This document shows, piece by piece, positions 24,184 through 37,744 of a stretch of DNA of 64,000 nucleotides. The translations under genes were made by a program, and so were the position numbers. The notes beneath the pieces were generated by a model. That model saw only the letters and a list, made by a program, of their open reading frames with translations. It was not told the DNA's origin and ran no database searches. Origin of the DNA: Mobula hypostoma (Eukaryota); contig NC_086097.1 of NCBI RefSeq assembly GCF_963921235.1, positions 167,526,001-167,590,000 on the forward strand, in the 5' to 3' direction. Every line of letters starts with the position of its first letter. Position 1 is the first letter of the stretch.

Positions 24184-27100
24184 TGTCATGACCCCTGCTG
24201 CTTGCCAAAAAGCTTTGAACTTTAGGGGGCTTTGAGCACCTGTGCTTACTAATTAATATCTTAACAAGAGTTGTTAAGCCCTTGTGTTTCCAGTTGAATC
24301 TCATTAAATTCATCGTAGCTGACACATTTTTCTTGGATTCGATGATTATTTAAGGAGGACTCCGATTCAGTACCTCAGTAGACCCCAAAGTGGGTGTTTG
24401 AAAAAGCTGATTGGGGTAAGTTCCAGAAGTTGAGTGAAGAAGGGTTGACAAAGATTGATATTTCTGGAAATGTAGATGAATTAAACAGTCAGGTGACTTC
24501 AGCAATTATCATGGCAGCAGAAGGATCTATACCTAGGAGTAAAAATAGGATGAATAGAAAACTGGTACCATGGTGGACAGAGGAATGTTGTCAGGCTGTA
24601 AAAAACAGAAATAGAGCATTCAGGCTAGTTAAAAGAACCCATAATATGCAGTATTTGGTTCAATATAAGAAAGCACAGGTAGTGGTGAGAAGAACTATAC
24701 GTCAAGCTAAAAGGGCAAGTTGGAGGACTTTTTGCGACAAGGTAGGAAGAACAACACCTGTGGGAGAGATATGGGGAATGATTAAGAGGATGGGAGGAGA
24801 TAGAAGGGAATGGGAATATCTAGTAATGATATCTGAGGAGGAAACTGCAGTCTCCAGTAGGGATAAGGCTGAGGTCATGGCCAAGTCATTTGTATTGATA
24901 CACGGTTCAGAAAATTTGTCTGAAGAAGGGAGAAGAACAAGGGAAAGAATAATGAGCCAACACCCAGGTGTGTTAAGCAGGAGGGAAGGAACAGATGATA
25001 TAATTGATGATCCATTTACATTAGCATAAATGGTGAGAGCAATAAAGAGATCGAGACCAACCTCCCCAGGGAAAGATCTGATATGCTCTGTGATGCTAAA
25101 AAATCTAGGAGAAGGAGCGCTCTTGAAGTTGCTGCATTTTTATAACAGAGTGTGGGAGGAGGGAAGATTACCAAGTGCATGGAAAGAAGCAGTAGTAATT
25201 CCAATAAGGAAGCCTGTCAAGGATCTGTCAAAACCCACTAGCTACAGACCAATTGCATTAACATCAAGTATATGTAAGATAATGGAAAGGATGATAACAG
25301 AAAGGTTATCATATGAGCTTGAGAAAAGGGGAATGCTGGCAAGTTATCAGAGTGGTTTTAGAAAGGGAAGGAATTCCATGGACTCAGTGATTATGTTAGA
25401 GACTGAAATAAGGAAGGCCCAGGCAAATAGAGAGTCAGTAGTGGCAGTGTTCTTTGACATTGAAAAAGCCTATGATATGATGTGGAAGGAAGGATTATTA
25501 ATTAAACTGCACAAGATGGGGGTTGGTGGGAGAGTTTTTAATTGGATTAAAGATTTTTTGTTTGGTAGAAAAATTCAAGTTCGGATTGGATCAGAATTAT
25601 CAAAACAGTACATAGTGGAAAATGGCACACCTCAAGGTAGTGTGATTAGCCCGTTACTTTTCATCATTATGTTCAATGATGTCTTCACAAAGGTACCAGT
25701 GGATATAGGTAGGTCACTGGTTGCGGATGATGGGGCCTTGTGGAAAAGAGACAGGAACATGGACCATATAATCAGGAAACTACAAGAAGCAATTGATGAA
25801 GTGGTGGAGTGGGGTTATGATTGGGGATGTAGATTTTCAGTAGATAAAACTCAAACTGTATTTTTTACCAGGAAAAGGGTTGAGATAGGGAAGAAGTTAA
25901 GGATGTATGGCGTTGAATTAGAAAGGGTTGCATCATTTAAATTTCTGGGAGTTATATTTGATTCACGATTAACATGGGCAGACCATATCAGGAAAGTTGA
26001 GGAGAAATGTAAAAAAGTAATAAATGTGATGAGATGTTTGACTGGTAGGGAATGGGGAGCAAGTTGTTCAGCTTTGAAGAGAATGTATGTGGCTTTAGTA
26101 AGATCTATATTGGATTATGGAAATATAGTATATGGATCAGCATCTAGGTCTCTTATAAGGAAACTGGATGTGATTCAGGCTCAGGCCTTGAGAGTGTGCA
26201 GTGGGGCTTTTAAAATGTCACCAGTGTCAGCCCTACAGGTAGAAATGGGAATAATGCCTTTGGAACTAGGAAGGATGCAACCGATAGCAAACTACTAAGC
26301 TAACTTGCAGGGGCACAATGATTCTCACCCTACTAAAGGAGTGTTGCAGGAGTGCTGAGAAAATGGGAGGTTTCAGAGGGATACCTTTAGTCTGGTAGGG
26401 AATGATATCGTGAAAGAATGTGGAGTATTTGATCTGAGGATAAGTCCTTCAGTAGTTTATCCGGTTGTAGCTCCATGGAAGCTTGTATGGCCTGACATAG
26501 ACTGGCATTTGTTAGAGGTAAAAAGGAAAGAAAGATATAAAACAGATTTGGTAAATGCATTTAACTGTCATGTGATGGAAAAGTACTGTGATTATACTCA
26601 CATTTATACGGATGGTGCGAAGGAACCTGAAACAGGAGTGACAGGGTTTGGGGTGGTAATACCAGCAAAAGAAATTGGAATCAGCAGAAGAACATCTAAT
26701 AAGTTAGGGGTGTTTACAGTGGAGATGCTGGCAGTGTTGGTTGCGTTGCAATGGGTGCAGAAAGCCAGACAAGTCAAAGCATTGATATGTTCAGATTCAT
26801 CCTCAGTTCTAGCAAGTTTAGGGTCTTTTCACACAAACAGTCGGCAAGATGTATTTTTGAAGTGCTTCAGTTAGTTACAAGAATTGCAAATCAGGGAGGT
26901 CAGGTAAAATTTCTATAGGTTCCAGCACATGTAGGGGTGAAGGGGAATGAGAGGGTGGATGAGTTGGCAAAGTGGGTGTTAAAGAAAAAAATACACAGAA
27001 ATGCACATTAGTATCAGTAAAGCAGAAGTTAAGTGTGTAATCTGGGAAAAATCAACCAAATGTGGCAAGGAAGATGGAACAGGGAGGGGAAAGGAAGGCA

Positions 27101-27797
27101 TTTATATCTAATACAAAAGAGTGTTGCAGGTACTAGGGTAGGTAGTGGATATAGAAGAGAGGAAACTGTGTGGACTAGATTAAGACTGGTACACTATGCA
27201 TTAAACAAAACATTGAAAATGATAGGGAAACACCAGACAGGATTGTGTGAGGAATGTCAGGAAGAGGAGTCAGTAGAACATGTAGTTCTGAGTTGCAGGA
27301 AGTATGGGATACAGAGAGATGATGAGAATTAATCTAAGGGAATTGGGGGTGCAGGAATTCACATTAAAAGGGTTGCTGGGCATGGGTGAGAGCACAGGTC
27401 GGGGGATTTCTAGCTTTCTTAAGGGATACAGGGTTTTTTTTATAGGATATGATGGCTAAGCAGGAATAGGGTACTAGGATAGCCAAAGATGGGAGGATAA
27501 AGTGTAGGTTAGGGTGTGTATGTGTGATTGGGTGAAGGATTTAGAATGCAAGTCTATTGCACACTCTGGAGCAGAAGATGGTGGTAATGCACCATTAAGC
27601 TGGGTGCCAACTGCTGTAAAACAAGATGGAGAAGAAGTACCTCAGTGGGGGTTATTGTGTTGGAGAGGGTGAATTATCTTGTGGTGCTATGTAGTTGCTG
27701 CTCTGATTCTGATGTTTAACTTCTTGTGTCTGTCTCTTGTGGGGATCCTGCTGTTCCTCCACACCTGAGTCCAGTCCTTTGTGAATGCACCATGACA
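24184..27797. mobile_element. Solo LTR (~350 bp) split by a LINE insertion
   Basis: Perfect terminal IR TGTCATG (24184-24190) / CATGACA (27791-27797); TSD ACGGG/ACAGG; the two halves are 24184-24379 and 27636-27797. Confidence 0.7.
24380..27635 (+). mobile_element. 5'-truncated I-group (Nimb-like) LINE: RT + RNase H + C-terminal zinc knuckle, pseudogenised
   Basis: In-frame ORFs 24394-25029, 25030-26298 (SYRPIALTS, FFDIEKAYD, GTPQGSVISP, VADD, FLGV) and 26410-26874 (YTDGAK, ICSDSSS), then VPAHVGVKGNERVDELAK and CEECQEEESVEHVVLSC; AGA-rich tail; 11-bp TSD AGTACCTCAGT (24369-24379, 27636-27646). Confidence 0.9.
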
Positions 27798-29469
27798 ACA
27801 GGGCTGAATATGTTGAGTTTGAATGTGTGCAGTGTATGGAATAAGGGAGATGAACTTGTGGAACAGTTGCATATTGGTAGTATGATGTTGTAGGCATCAC
27901 TGAATCATGGCTGAAAGAAGATTATAGCTAGGAGCTTTATGTCCAAGGGTATTCAGTCTATTGAAAGGCCAGGCAGGAAGGCAGAAGGGGTGGTGTTGCA
28001 CTGTTGTAAATAATGGAATCTTGTCACTAGAAATAAATGACATGGGGTCAGAAGGTGTTAAATCATTGTGGATAGAGCTGTATACAGACCCCCAAGCAGT
28101 AGTAAGGATGTGGCCTATAAATTATGATGGTAGACACAAAATGTGTGCCAAAAGGGCAATGTTACAATAATTATGGGGGACTTCAATATGAAGGTAGATT
28201 GAGGAAAATCAGGTTGGTGCTGGAATCCAGTGGTGGGAATTTCTAGAATGCCTGAGATGGCTTTTTAGAGCAGCTTATGGTTGAGCCCACTAGAAGATCA
28301 ACTATTCTGGATTGGGTGTTGTGCAATGAACCTGAAATGATAAAGAATTCCTTAAGGGAAAGTGATCATAATATGATTGAATTCACCTTGAAATTTGAGG
28401 AGGAGCTGAAGTCAGATGTATTGGTATTACAGTGGAGTAAAGGGAATTAGAGGCATGAGAAAGGAGTTGGCCAGGATTTATTGCCAAAGGATGCAGGGAT
28501 GTTGACAGAGTAGCAATAACTGGAATTTCTGAAAGCAGTTCAGAAGGCACGGGATATATACATGCCAAAGAGGAAGTATTCCAAAGGCAAGATGACACAA
28601 CTGCAGCTCACAAGAGAAGTCAAAGCTAACATAAAAGCTGAAGAGAACATATAATAGAGCAAAAATTAATGGGAAGTTAGAGGATTAGAAAGACTTTTTT
28701 AAAAAAAACACAGCAACTAAAAAATCATTAAGAAGGTAAAGATGGAATATGAAAGTAAGCTAGCCAATAATAGAGGATACCAAAAGTTTCTTTACATAGT
28801 GTAAAAGAGGGGGAGAATGGATATCAGACCATTAGAAAATGAGAGGTAGTAATGAGGACAAAGAAATGGCAGGTGAACTGAGTAAGTATTTCGGTGAAAG
28901 GCATTTTTAGTATGGTGAAAGCTCCAGGTGTCAAGGGTCATGCGGTGTATGAAGCTACCGTAACTACAGAGAAGGATCTTGTGGGAACTGAAAGGTCTGA
29001 AGGTAGGTAAGGCATCTGGACCAAATGGCCGGGTGCACCTAATTAATTAGCTTGTTCATTTTGGCTTTTTTCTTAAAGATGTGCTGGGTGCATTTTGGCC
29101 ACCGCTACATTCTTCGCAGCAATGTATCGGTCCACGGCCCAGAGGTTGGGGACCACTCATGTAGTGTGGCACAGGTGTCATTATTGGGACTGCTTCTTTT
29201 TACATTGTATGCCAGAATGAAGGAATTGATGGCTTTGTTGTCAAGTTTGCCAATGATTTTAAGATGGGTAGAGGATAGGTCATGTTGAGGAAGCAGGATT
29301 TTGCAGAAGGACTTGGACTGAAGCAATGGACAAAAATGGCAGATGGAATGAAATGCTGGGAAATGCGTGGTCATGCACTTTGGCACAAGGGATAAAGGAG
29401 TGGACTATTTTAGAAGTGGGGAAAAAATCAGAGGTGCAGAGAGACCTAAAGGTTAAAGAAACTTGCAGG

Positions 29470-30545
29470 TTGAGTCATGTAAATATATTGATTAAGCATT
29501 TTGTTTACATCATTTGTTACACTTGCGTACAGGATGTATCAAAACCATATGTCATTATGCCACCATCTCATACTGTAAGCAAGTGTCTCACTAAAGTAAA
29601 AGTAAGTAGACATGCATCTCTGGATTCCTGTGGCTTTTTTCTTTCAAATATTTTGTAACTCCAGAAACTATAACAGTGATGAGTAAGCTTTAAAATGAAT
29701 ACGAGATGACCACCTACCTGTAAAAACGCAGCATGATTTTCCTTTGCAGGGGCAGAGTTGGTAGAGTTTAAAAACAAACGTGTAGCACACATTTCCTCGC
29801 ATGGGGAGAAAGACAGCCAAGTTGATAAGGTTCACAGATTCATAAACAGTGAGTACAGGGTGATAATGCAGTAATAAATTTTAAAAAGCAAATAGTCGGC
29901 TACATTAGAAAGACAAATGCATTTGATTGCACAACAGATAACTAGGAGATGTACACTGAACAAATTGAAATACTTTGAAGCAAATGAAATAGCCAATGCA
30001 AAGAGCCAGGTTTGCTGAGTGTAAAAGGTGGAAAAGCATACACTTTGCTTCCAAGTTTGACTCTCCAACCAAACTAGCCAGAATGGGCTTTGCTGCTATC
30101 ATGAATGTAAAGCAGGAACATTTAGAATCTAAACTATTCTTGATTGCAGAATGTTTGGGTTTCATAAGCAGAATCAAAAGGAAGGGGAGTCCATTTCAGC
30201 TTGCATTGCTACATTGCAGAAATTACCTGAACAGTGTTCAGTGATGGTCTTAACAATGCACTGAGATTGTTTAGTTTGTGGAATCTTAAACAAAAAAAAA
30301 ATTCAAAATGGCACCTAACTGAAGCACAACTCTCATTTAAACAAGCATTTGAAATTGTTGTATCAGTGGAAACCACAGACAGAGTTGAAGTCAGGAATGA
30401 AAAGTGACTGAATAAAATTGCAACATCTAAACAGAAACCTGCCTGGCTGAACAAATTGTGTTACTGTTGTGGCACGTACTCACATACACCAGACCAATGC
30501 AGGTTTAAGGTGAAACTTGCAAAAAAGGTGACAAAGTAGGACACC
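29470..30545 (+). mobile_element. Truncated Gypsy (Mag-like) element: partial 5' LTR, leader and decayed gag
   Basis: LTR-like segment ending ctataaca at ~29675, resembling 5624-5802; gag remnants YFEANEIA, QEHLESKLFLIAEC, FHKQNQKEGESIS; zinc knuckle CYCCGTYSHTPDQC followed by a second degenerate knuckle. Confidence 0.75.
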
Positions 30546-30829
30546 TGCACTGGTCCTATCAGGCAGGGGTTACAAGTGCTTGAGTCCCACCCTACCAGGC
30601 TAAGGAATATCGACTTCTTAAAAAAATTGATTTCTTGAACTGACCCACACAAACAAATTGTACAGAGTACAACAGAGCACTATATGCCCCCTTTTGCACT
30701 ACCATGGACTTTTCTCTGATTGTGTGTTTTTGCATTATGCCTTGGTTTGCACAGTCTTTTTCATCAATGTCTTCTATGGTTTATAAGTAATTCATGTTTT
30801 GTGTTTGAATTTACCTGTTCTAGCTCATA

Positions 30830-31285
30830 AAAACAAGAGGCACTACAGATGCTGGAAATCTTGAGTAATACACACAATGTACTTGTGGTAAACCATATAT
30901 GTTGTAACTGGGTTACCTGTCTGGACGCGCCCCTCTGCTGACTGCTCCTGTGGCTCCTCCCACAGACCCCTGAATAAAGGTGATTGTGCCACTGCTCCTC
31001 CTCTCAGTCCAGGGGGAGATACTCAGCAGGGATAAGACCCATTTTACTGTTAATAAAAGCTTTTCAGCATTTACTCTACTTCCAGTCTTTTGGAGTAATT
31101 GATCGTGCATCAGTACTGGGGGAGCTCTGTCGATCAGGCAGCCTCTACAGATGGGAATGAGCAGATAATGTTTTGGATGGAGACATTTCCAGTCCTGAAG
31201 AAGGATCTCGGCCTGAATGGTCGACTGTCTACTCCCCAATAGATGCTGCCTGACCTGCTGAGCTCCTCCAGCACATTGTGTGTAT
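30830..31285. mobile_element. PLE-derived fold-back pair, left arm interrupted by a solo LTR
   Basis: Antisense arm 30830-30883 + 31113-31189; sense arm from ~31190 (agtcCTGAAGAaggatctcggcctGAAtggtc). Confidence 0.7.
30884..31112 (+). mobile_element. Solo LTR, 229 bp
   Basis: TG...CA ends; perfect 5-bp TSD GTACT (30879-30883, 31113-31117); internal AATAAA. Confidence 0.85.
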
Positions 31286-32624
31286 TTCCTAGTACCTAGA
31301 CTTTGCCATACTTGTGCACATACAATAAACTCCTCTTAATTTGACTGGACTGGAGATAGAAAAGTGAAGGATGTTTAAAGTGGTAAGCAATGTTAATACT
31401 CACAGGGACCTGGAAGTTAACAAATGGTACAGTAAATAATCACGAAGATAAAAGTTTTGATCTTTATTGCAAAGGAACTAGATCACAAGAATAGAGCTGT
31501 CTTGGTCCAATTATACAGGGCCCTGGTGAGATATACAGAAGTATTGTCTTCAGGTCTGAACACCCAACTGAAAGAAGAATATACAAGGATATATTTGTGA
31601 TGGAGGGAATATAGCAAAGATTCAAATCACTGATCCTTGATATGATGGGTTTATCATTTGGAACATTAAGCATCCTAGTCCTGTAACTCTGGAGTTTTGA
31701 AGAATGAGATATGATCTCATCGAAACATGTTATATATAGTTTTACAGGGTAGATGCAGAGATGATGTTTCCCTTGGCTGAGCTGCTATGAACGCGAACGC
31801 AATCACAATCACTGAAGTGTTGAATATTCAAGACAGTTGAAAAGAAATGTCTTGCCCCAGGGAATATTCTACTCAAAAAGCTGTGGAACTGAGACAGATT
31901 TTTAGATATAAGGAATATATGGCCGTGCAGTGAAATGGCACTGACATAATAGGCCCTTTGGCCCAAATGGGCCGTGCTGACCAAGATACACATCCAAGTT
32001 AGTCATTTTCCCCCTTTCCTATCCATGTATCTGTTCAAGCATCTTGTAAAAGATTGGCCGAAATCTTATTAAATGACAATATAGCAAAAAGGGCTTTGCA
32101 GCAACACACAAGAGTGCAGAAGGAACTCAACGGGACTGGCAGCATCTCTGGAGGTAAATGGACAGTCGCCAATTTGGGCCCAGACTCTTCCTCAGGACTC
32201 TACAAGGGCTCTACCGCTCATGTTTATTTAGCTTTTATGTTGTAGCACAGGATGCCTCTGGGGTTTCTATAGCACTAGGCAAGTCTTTGTCTCCTGACCC
32301 AACCTGAGTGAACAATGCCATCCATAGCAATGCCTGCAGGGATGAAGAGCTGTACTGGTGCACCAAGAGCTGCCCCCAGGCACCCGGTCAATATATGTCA
32401 CAGTAGCTATGTTCTGGGGAGAAAGCATTTCCAGTTAGCTGTGTTGCAGCCAGCTCCAAAGCTGCACAACAATGACTCCCAATCTCTGAAAGAAGCCAGA
32501 GATTGATGGGATTGCAACCCATGTTTTTAAAGGCTGTTTCTGTGCTCTATTGATTCTGTATGTTCTATGATTCTATCTAATTCAATCTTAAATCACGTAC
32601 AGAAAGCAGAATAAAATTCTTTCT

Positions 32625-33463
32625 GCTAATTAAATTTGCAGATGATACTACATTGATTGGCCTATCTCAAATAATAATGAGGCAGCTGATAGAGGAGAAG
32701 TCATCACCCTGACAGTGGTGTCATGGAAACAACCTCTCCCTCAATGATGCAAAAACAAAGGAGCTGCTTGTGGATTACAGGAGAAATGGAGACAGGCTAA
32801 CCCCTATTGACATCAATGGATCTGGGGTTGAGAGGGTAAACAGCTTCAAGTTCCTCGGGATACACATCACCAAGGATCTCACTTGGTCTCTACGTACTGG
32901 CTGTGGGGTGGAAAAAAAAAGCACAACAGCGCCTCTTTCACCTCAGACAGTTGAAGAAGTTCGGCATGAGTCTCCAAATCCAAAGGACTTTCTACAGGGG
33001 CACGACTGAGAGCATCCTGACTGGCTGCATCACTGCCTGTTATGGGAACTGTACTTCCCTCAATTGCAGGACTCTGCAGAGAGTGGTGCAGACAGACCAG
33101 CACATCTGTGGATGTGAACTTCCTGCTGTTCAGTGAGAGGTGCGTCAAGAGGACCTGAAGGATCATTGGGGACCCGAGTCACCTCAACCACAAACTGTTC
33201 CAGCTGCTACCACCTGGGAAATGGTACCACAGCATTAAAGCCAGGACCAACAGGATCTGGGAGAGCTTCTTCCACCAGGCCATCAGACTAATTAATTCAC
33301 GCTGACACAACTATATTTCTAAGCTGTTCTGTCGTATAAGTCACTGTACATACTATATATTACAAATTACTATAATTTGCACATTGCACATTCAAATGGA
33401 GATGTAACATAAAAAATTTTACTCGTATGTGAAGGATGTAAGAAATAGTCAATTCAATTCAAT
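32625..33463 (+). mobile_element. Rex1/Babar-type LINE 3' part
   Basis: KFADDTTLIGL, KTKELLVDYRR, FKFLGIHITKDLTW, AQQRLFHLRQLKKF, FYRGTTESILTGCITA; (caatt)n tail. Confidence 0.85.
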
Positions 33464-33614
33464 GTCTGGTAAAAAAGATAAGAAAGAAATAAAAGAGCAA
33501 ATATTTTCCTAATATCTCTAACAATAACAATTAAAAGTGCGGAAGGCAAGGCAAATTAATATCATTTCTTCCCATTACATTCTGTGATGGGAGCTCAAAC
33601 AATTTTCCCTTTTA

Positions 33615-34805
33615 CACACATGGACTTCAGTAAGGCCTTTGACAAGGTCCCGCATGGGAGGTTAGTTAGGAAAATTCAGTCGCTAGATATACATGCAGAG
33701 GTGGTAAATTGGATTAGACATTGGCTCAATGGAAGAAGCCAAAGAGTGGTAGTAGAGAATTGCTTCTCCGAGGGGAGGCCTGTGACTAGTGGTGTGACAC
33801 AGGGATCAGTGCTGGGTCCATTGTTATTTGTCATCTATATCAATGAGCTGGATGATAATGTGGTAAATTGGATCAGCAAATTTGCTGATGATACAAAGAT
33901 TGGAGGTGCAGTAGACAGTGAGGAAGGTTTTCAGAGCCTGCAGAGGGACTTGGACCAGCTGGAAAAATGGGCTGAAAAATGGCAGATGGAGTCTAATACA
34001 GTCAAGTGTGAGGTATTGCATGTTGGAAGGACAAACCAAGGTAGAAAATACAGGGTTAATGGTAAGGCACTGAGGAGTGCAGTGGAACAGAGGGATCTGG
34101 GAATACGGATACAAAATTCCCTAAAAGTGGCATCATAGGTAGATAGGGTCGTAAAGAGGGCTTTTGGTACATTGGCCTTTATTAATCAAAGTATTGAGTA
34201 TAAGAGCTGGAATGTTATAATGAGGTTGTATGAGGCATTGGTGAGGCCGAATCTAGAGTATTGTGTTCGGTTTTGGTCACCAAATTACAGGAAGGATATA
34301 AATAAGGTTGAAAGAGTGCAGAGAAGGTTTACAAGGATGTTGCCGGGACTTGAGAAACTCAGTTACAGAGAAAGGTTGAATAGGTTAGGACTTTATTCCC
34401 TGGAGCGTAGAAGAATGAGGGGAGATTTGATAGAGGTATATAAAATTATGATGGGTATAGATAGAGTGAATGCAAGCAGGCTTTTTCCACTGAGGCAAGG
34501 GGAGAAAAAAAACAGAGGACATGGGTTAAGGGTGAGGGAGGAAAAGTTTAAAGGGAACATTAGGGGGGGGCTTCTTCACACAGAGAGTGGTGAGAGTATG
34601 GAATGAGCTGCCAGACGAGGTGGTAAATGTGGGTTCTTTTTTAACATTTAAGAATAAATTGGACAGATACATGGATGGGAGGTGTATGGAAGGATATGGT
34701 CCGTGTGCAGGTCAGTGGGACTAGGCAGAAAATGGTTCGGCACAGCCAAGAAGGGCCAAAAGGCCTGTTTCTGTGCTGTAGTTTCTATGGTTCTATGGTT
34801 CTATT
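33615..34805 (+). mobile_element. Young 5'-truncated CR1 LINE
   Basis: MDFSKAFDKVPH, QGSVLGPLLF, KFADDTKIGG, LVRPNLEYCV; (tctatggt)n tail at ~34785-34805. Confidence 0.95.
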
Positions 34806-34809
34806 GGTA

Positions 34810-35360
34810 AGCCGTTTGAAATTTAAATCCCACATAAAGAAAGTGACCAGAGCAGCGTTTCTACACTTCAAAAATATTTCAAAGGTACATCTGTTTCTGT
34901 CATGTAATGATACTGAAAGATTAATTCACGTCTTTATATTGAATAAACTAGCAATTGATTGACAAAACTTCAATGCACTCGGATCGCCGCTGCTAGACTT
35001 TTAACTAAAACCAGGATGAGGGAACATATCACTCCCGTACAAGCTTCTCTGCTTTGGCTTCCTGTATCTTTTAGAATTGATTTTAAAGTTCTCTTACTTA
35101 TTTTTAAGCTCTCAATGTTGTGTGAACAGAGAATGTCACAGAATTACTTTCATTTTATTATCCTGATCAAGCTCTCAAGTGTTCTTCTGTCAGTCTTTTA
35201 AATTTAAACAATTGCTCTCAAAAGAAAATTAGTAGGGCAGCTTTTTTTAAACTATGCTCCTAAACTGTAGGACTCCATACCTAAAACTAAACGGGGTGCA
35301 GACTCAGTTGACACTTATAAATGTCAGCTCAAAACACATTTATTTAACCTTTCTTTTAAC
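34810..35360 (+). mobile_element. L2-clade LINE ORF2 C-terminal fragment
   Basis: FKSHIKKVTRAAFLHFKNISK..TERLIHVFI and AAARLLTKTRMREHITPVQASLLWLPVSFRIDFKVLLL are typical of the L2 C-terminus. Confidence 0.8.
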
Positions 35361-35379
35361 TAATGTAACAGTCTGGTTC

Positions 35380-35850
35380 TGTCGCCTGTGTAAGTCTAGG
35401 GAAGGCACCCTCCGACCCCGCCAAACATGGGAGATTGAAGTGCAAGCCCCCCAAGTCCCTCTGTTTGTGTGGATGCTGAGTGATTTGTTACCCTGTTATA
35501 AATCAGTACCACAAAATATCAGACAGTATACCACATACAGTTAAAAGATTTAGCTTTATAATCCTTAATTTGACCACAGGGTTAGTAAAGAAAAAGCAAA
35601 AAAAGAAAAGGGCCCATTTTAAATGAAACAGGCTAACGTGCACAGGTTGGAGCTCATATTTTCCCCTTCGCCGATCCTCCTTCGATCTCCCCAGGCTTCA
35701 TCAAATCACAGCCCCACTCCAGGTCAACTCCTCTGACCTCTTCTCTCCGGCATCTTCTCTCTTCTTCCCTCTCAAAATCCTCAAACCCAACCTTAGTGTG
35801 CCTCACCAGAGAAACCCCCCCTAAATCCGTTCATCCCCATTTCTCCTATC
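35380..35850 (-). mobile_element. Probable LTR fragment
   Basis: Abrupt start tgtcgcctgtgtaag after the L2 and LTR-like composition; far end and TSD not identified. Confidence 0.35.
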
Positions 35851-36354
35851 TTTTGTGTGAAGGTACGGTGCCCTTAAGCATCGAAGTAATAAGTAACACT
35901 GAGCTTCACCTGAGAACCGATCAGATCACCTGTTGTGATAGGTAACACGGCAGTAGCCAAGCTTCGAAGTCCACGTTTTTTTCTGGAAGCTTAAACCCAA
36001 GTGACAGCTCTCCCTTACCAAGTCAATCATAAATATTTTCTGTCTTTAACAATAACGCAAACCTTATAAGGTCAAGTGAGCCTAGAGTACTAACACTTCT
36101 AGCTCCCTGTGGACTGGGTGGCACGGAGACATTCTGAACTCTGGGTGCATATTCACAATAGGCTGATGAGAAAAAGTGTGGTTACCATCTGCCACTCACT
36201 GCAGGTCATTTTAGAAAATCTCAAAACAATTTTAGCACATAGGATATTCTGAAAACCTGCAAGCAGATCAGGCAGCATCTGCAGAGAGAAACAAGAGGCA
36301 AAGTTTCAGATTCATGAGTTTTCATTAGAACTGGAAAAAAAATTAGAATTTAAC

Positions 36355-36575
36355 AATAAACTCTTCTCAGGCTTCCAGCAGGGTATGAGTATCAATTATA
36401 ATTGACATTTCAATCACACACTCTGTCTTCTTCATCAGGGATGATACCTGGGCATCTCTAGTCTGATGGTATTTATGCCCAGGCTACATCCCTGATGAAG
36501 ATGGCAGAGTTTGTCATCGAAACATCGGTTATCATCGATACCTGTACCCGGTTGGAAGCCCAAGAAGAGTTTATT
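36355..36575. mobile_element. Second PLE-type fold-back element with hammerhead cores on both strands
   Basis: Imperfect ~89-bp inverted repeat 36355-36443 / 36487-36575; plus-strand core CTGATGA(36492-98)-a-gatggcag agt ttgtcatc-GAAA(36519-22)-catc. Confidence 0.7.
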
Positions 36576-37744
36576 CGTCATATACACTAGGAAAGCATTC
36601 GTTTTTTTTATATAGAATTGTACAAGTTACAAGACACTGTGAAAGTGAGGAAGGAAGGGACTACAGTCAAAATATTCACTGTACACAGTACAGTCTTCTC
36701 TATCTTGCAGAGGACAGATGCAAATTAGAACTCCACTTTATTGAATGATTTCAGTCATTCCCCAGGTATGACACTCTCTTTCCATATCTATCCTAACATT
36801 TAATTCATGTGTTAATCTTTCTTGAACACCTATATCATCAGCCTCTTACAGTGTTCTAATGTAAGCTGAATGAATAGCACCTCTCCTTCTGACTAGATAC
36901 TTTACAGCCTGCTGTGCTCTACACTGAGTTCAAGAGTAATGCTCTTCTTATTTGATTCTTTACCATTCAGATTGCCCCCCCACCTTTATTCCGAAACTTC
37001 ATCCTTTTATCACATTGTGTAGGAAGCTTATCTTTTAAACTCTCTAATGGAATGTAGAAAGGAGAAAAGGAATAATATGAGGAAATAACAGGACAGATTG
37101 GATAGTTCCTTCAAAGGGCTGGAGCCAATGGGCCAAATGGTCTGCTGTTTATCAATATTCAATGAATATACTATCTGTAAATGGGAAGGAAATTTTCAAT
37201 AGGTAGGCAGAGTCTGCACAAGCTTATCGAGCCATAAAATTATATAACATGGAAGCAGTCACTTCAGCCTAACGCCCATGTCAATCAAGCTGCTGTCTCA
37301 GCTAATCCCATTGCCTGTGTTTGCCCATATCGCTCTAAACATTTCCTATCCATTACCACTCTAAATATCTTTTAATACTGTAACTGTACTCACCTCTACA
37401 GCTCATTCGATATATTCTTTGTCCTCTGTGTGAAAACGTGCCCCTTGTCCTCTTTTAATTCTTCAATCCCTCACCTTAAGTCTATGTTCTCTAGCTTTAG
37501 ACTTCCCTACCCTTGGACAACCCTGTGGTCATCCACCTTATCTATGCCCCCCTGGATTTGATAAACCTCAATACGGTTACCCCTTGGCTCCCTAAACTCT
37601 AGGAAAAAAATCCCACCCTACCTAGCCTCTTCTTATACATAAATCAAGCCCTCTGATCCCGTATGATCAAGATCAACTCTTGACATCACAATCTACCTCA
37701 TTGTGGCACTTGTACCATACTTTCTCTGAAACAAACTCTGCAAG

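Larger units (their letters stand above)
23470..29465 (+). mobile_element. Decayed CR1 mosaic (ORF1 end, endonuclease, RT pieces) hosting the LTR/Nimb nest
   Basis: HWALFQGRWDLYRKNSLHLNWRG (ORF1 end); the sequence resumes at 27798 with endonuclease remnants (VVGITESW, GDFNMKVD, SDHNMIEF). Confidence 0.7.

Noticed and set aside
25030..26298. 422-aa ORF as a host gene or retron-type RT
   Set aside because: Part of a TSD-flanked LINE with in-frame stops on both sides.
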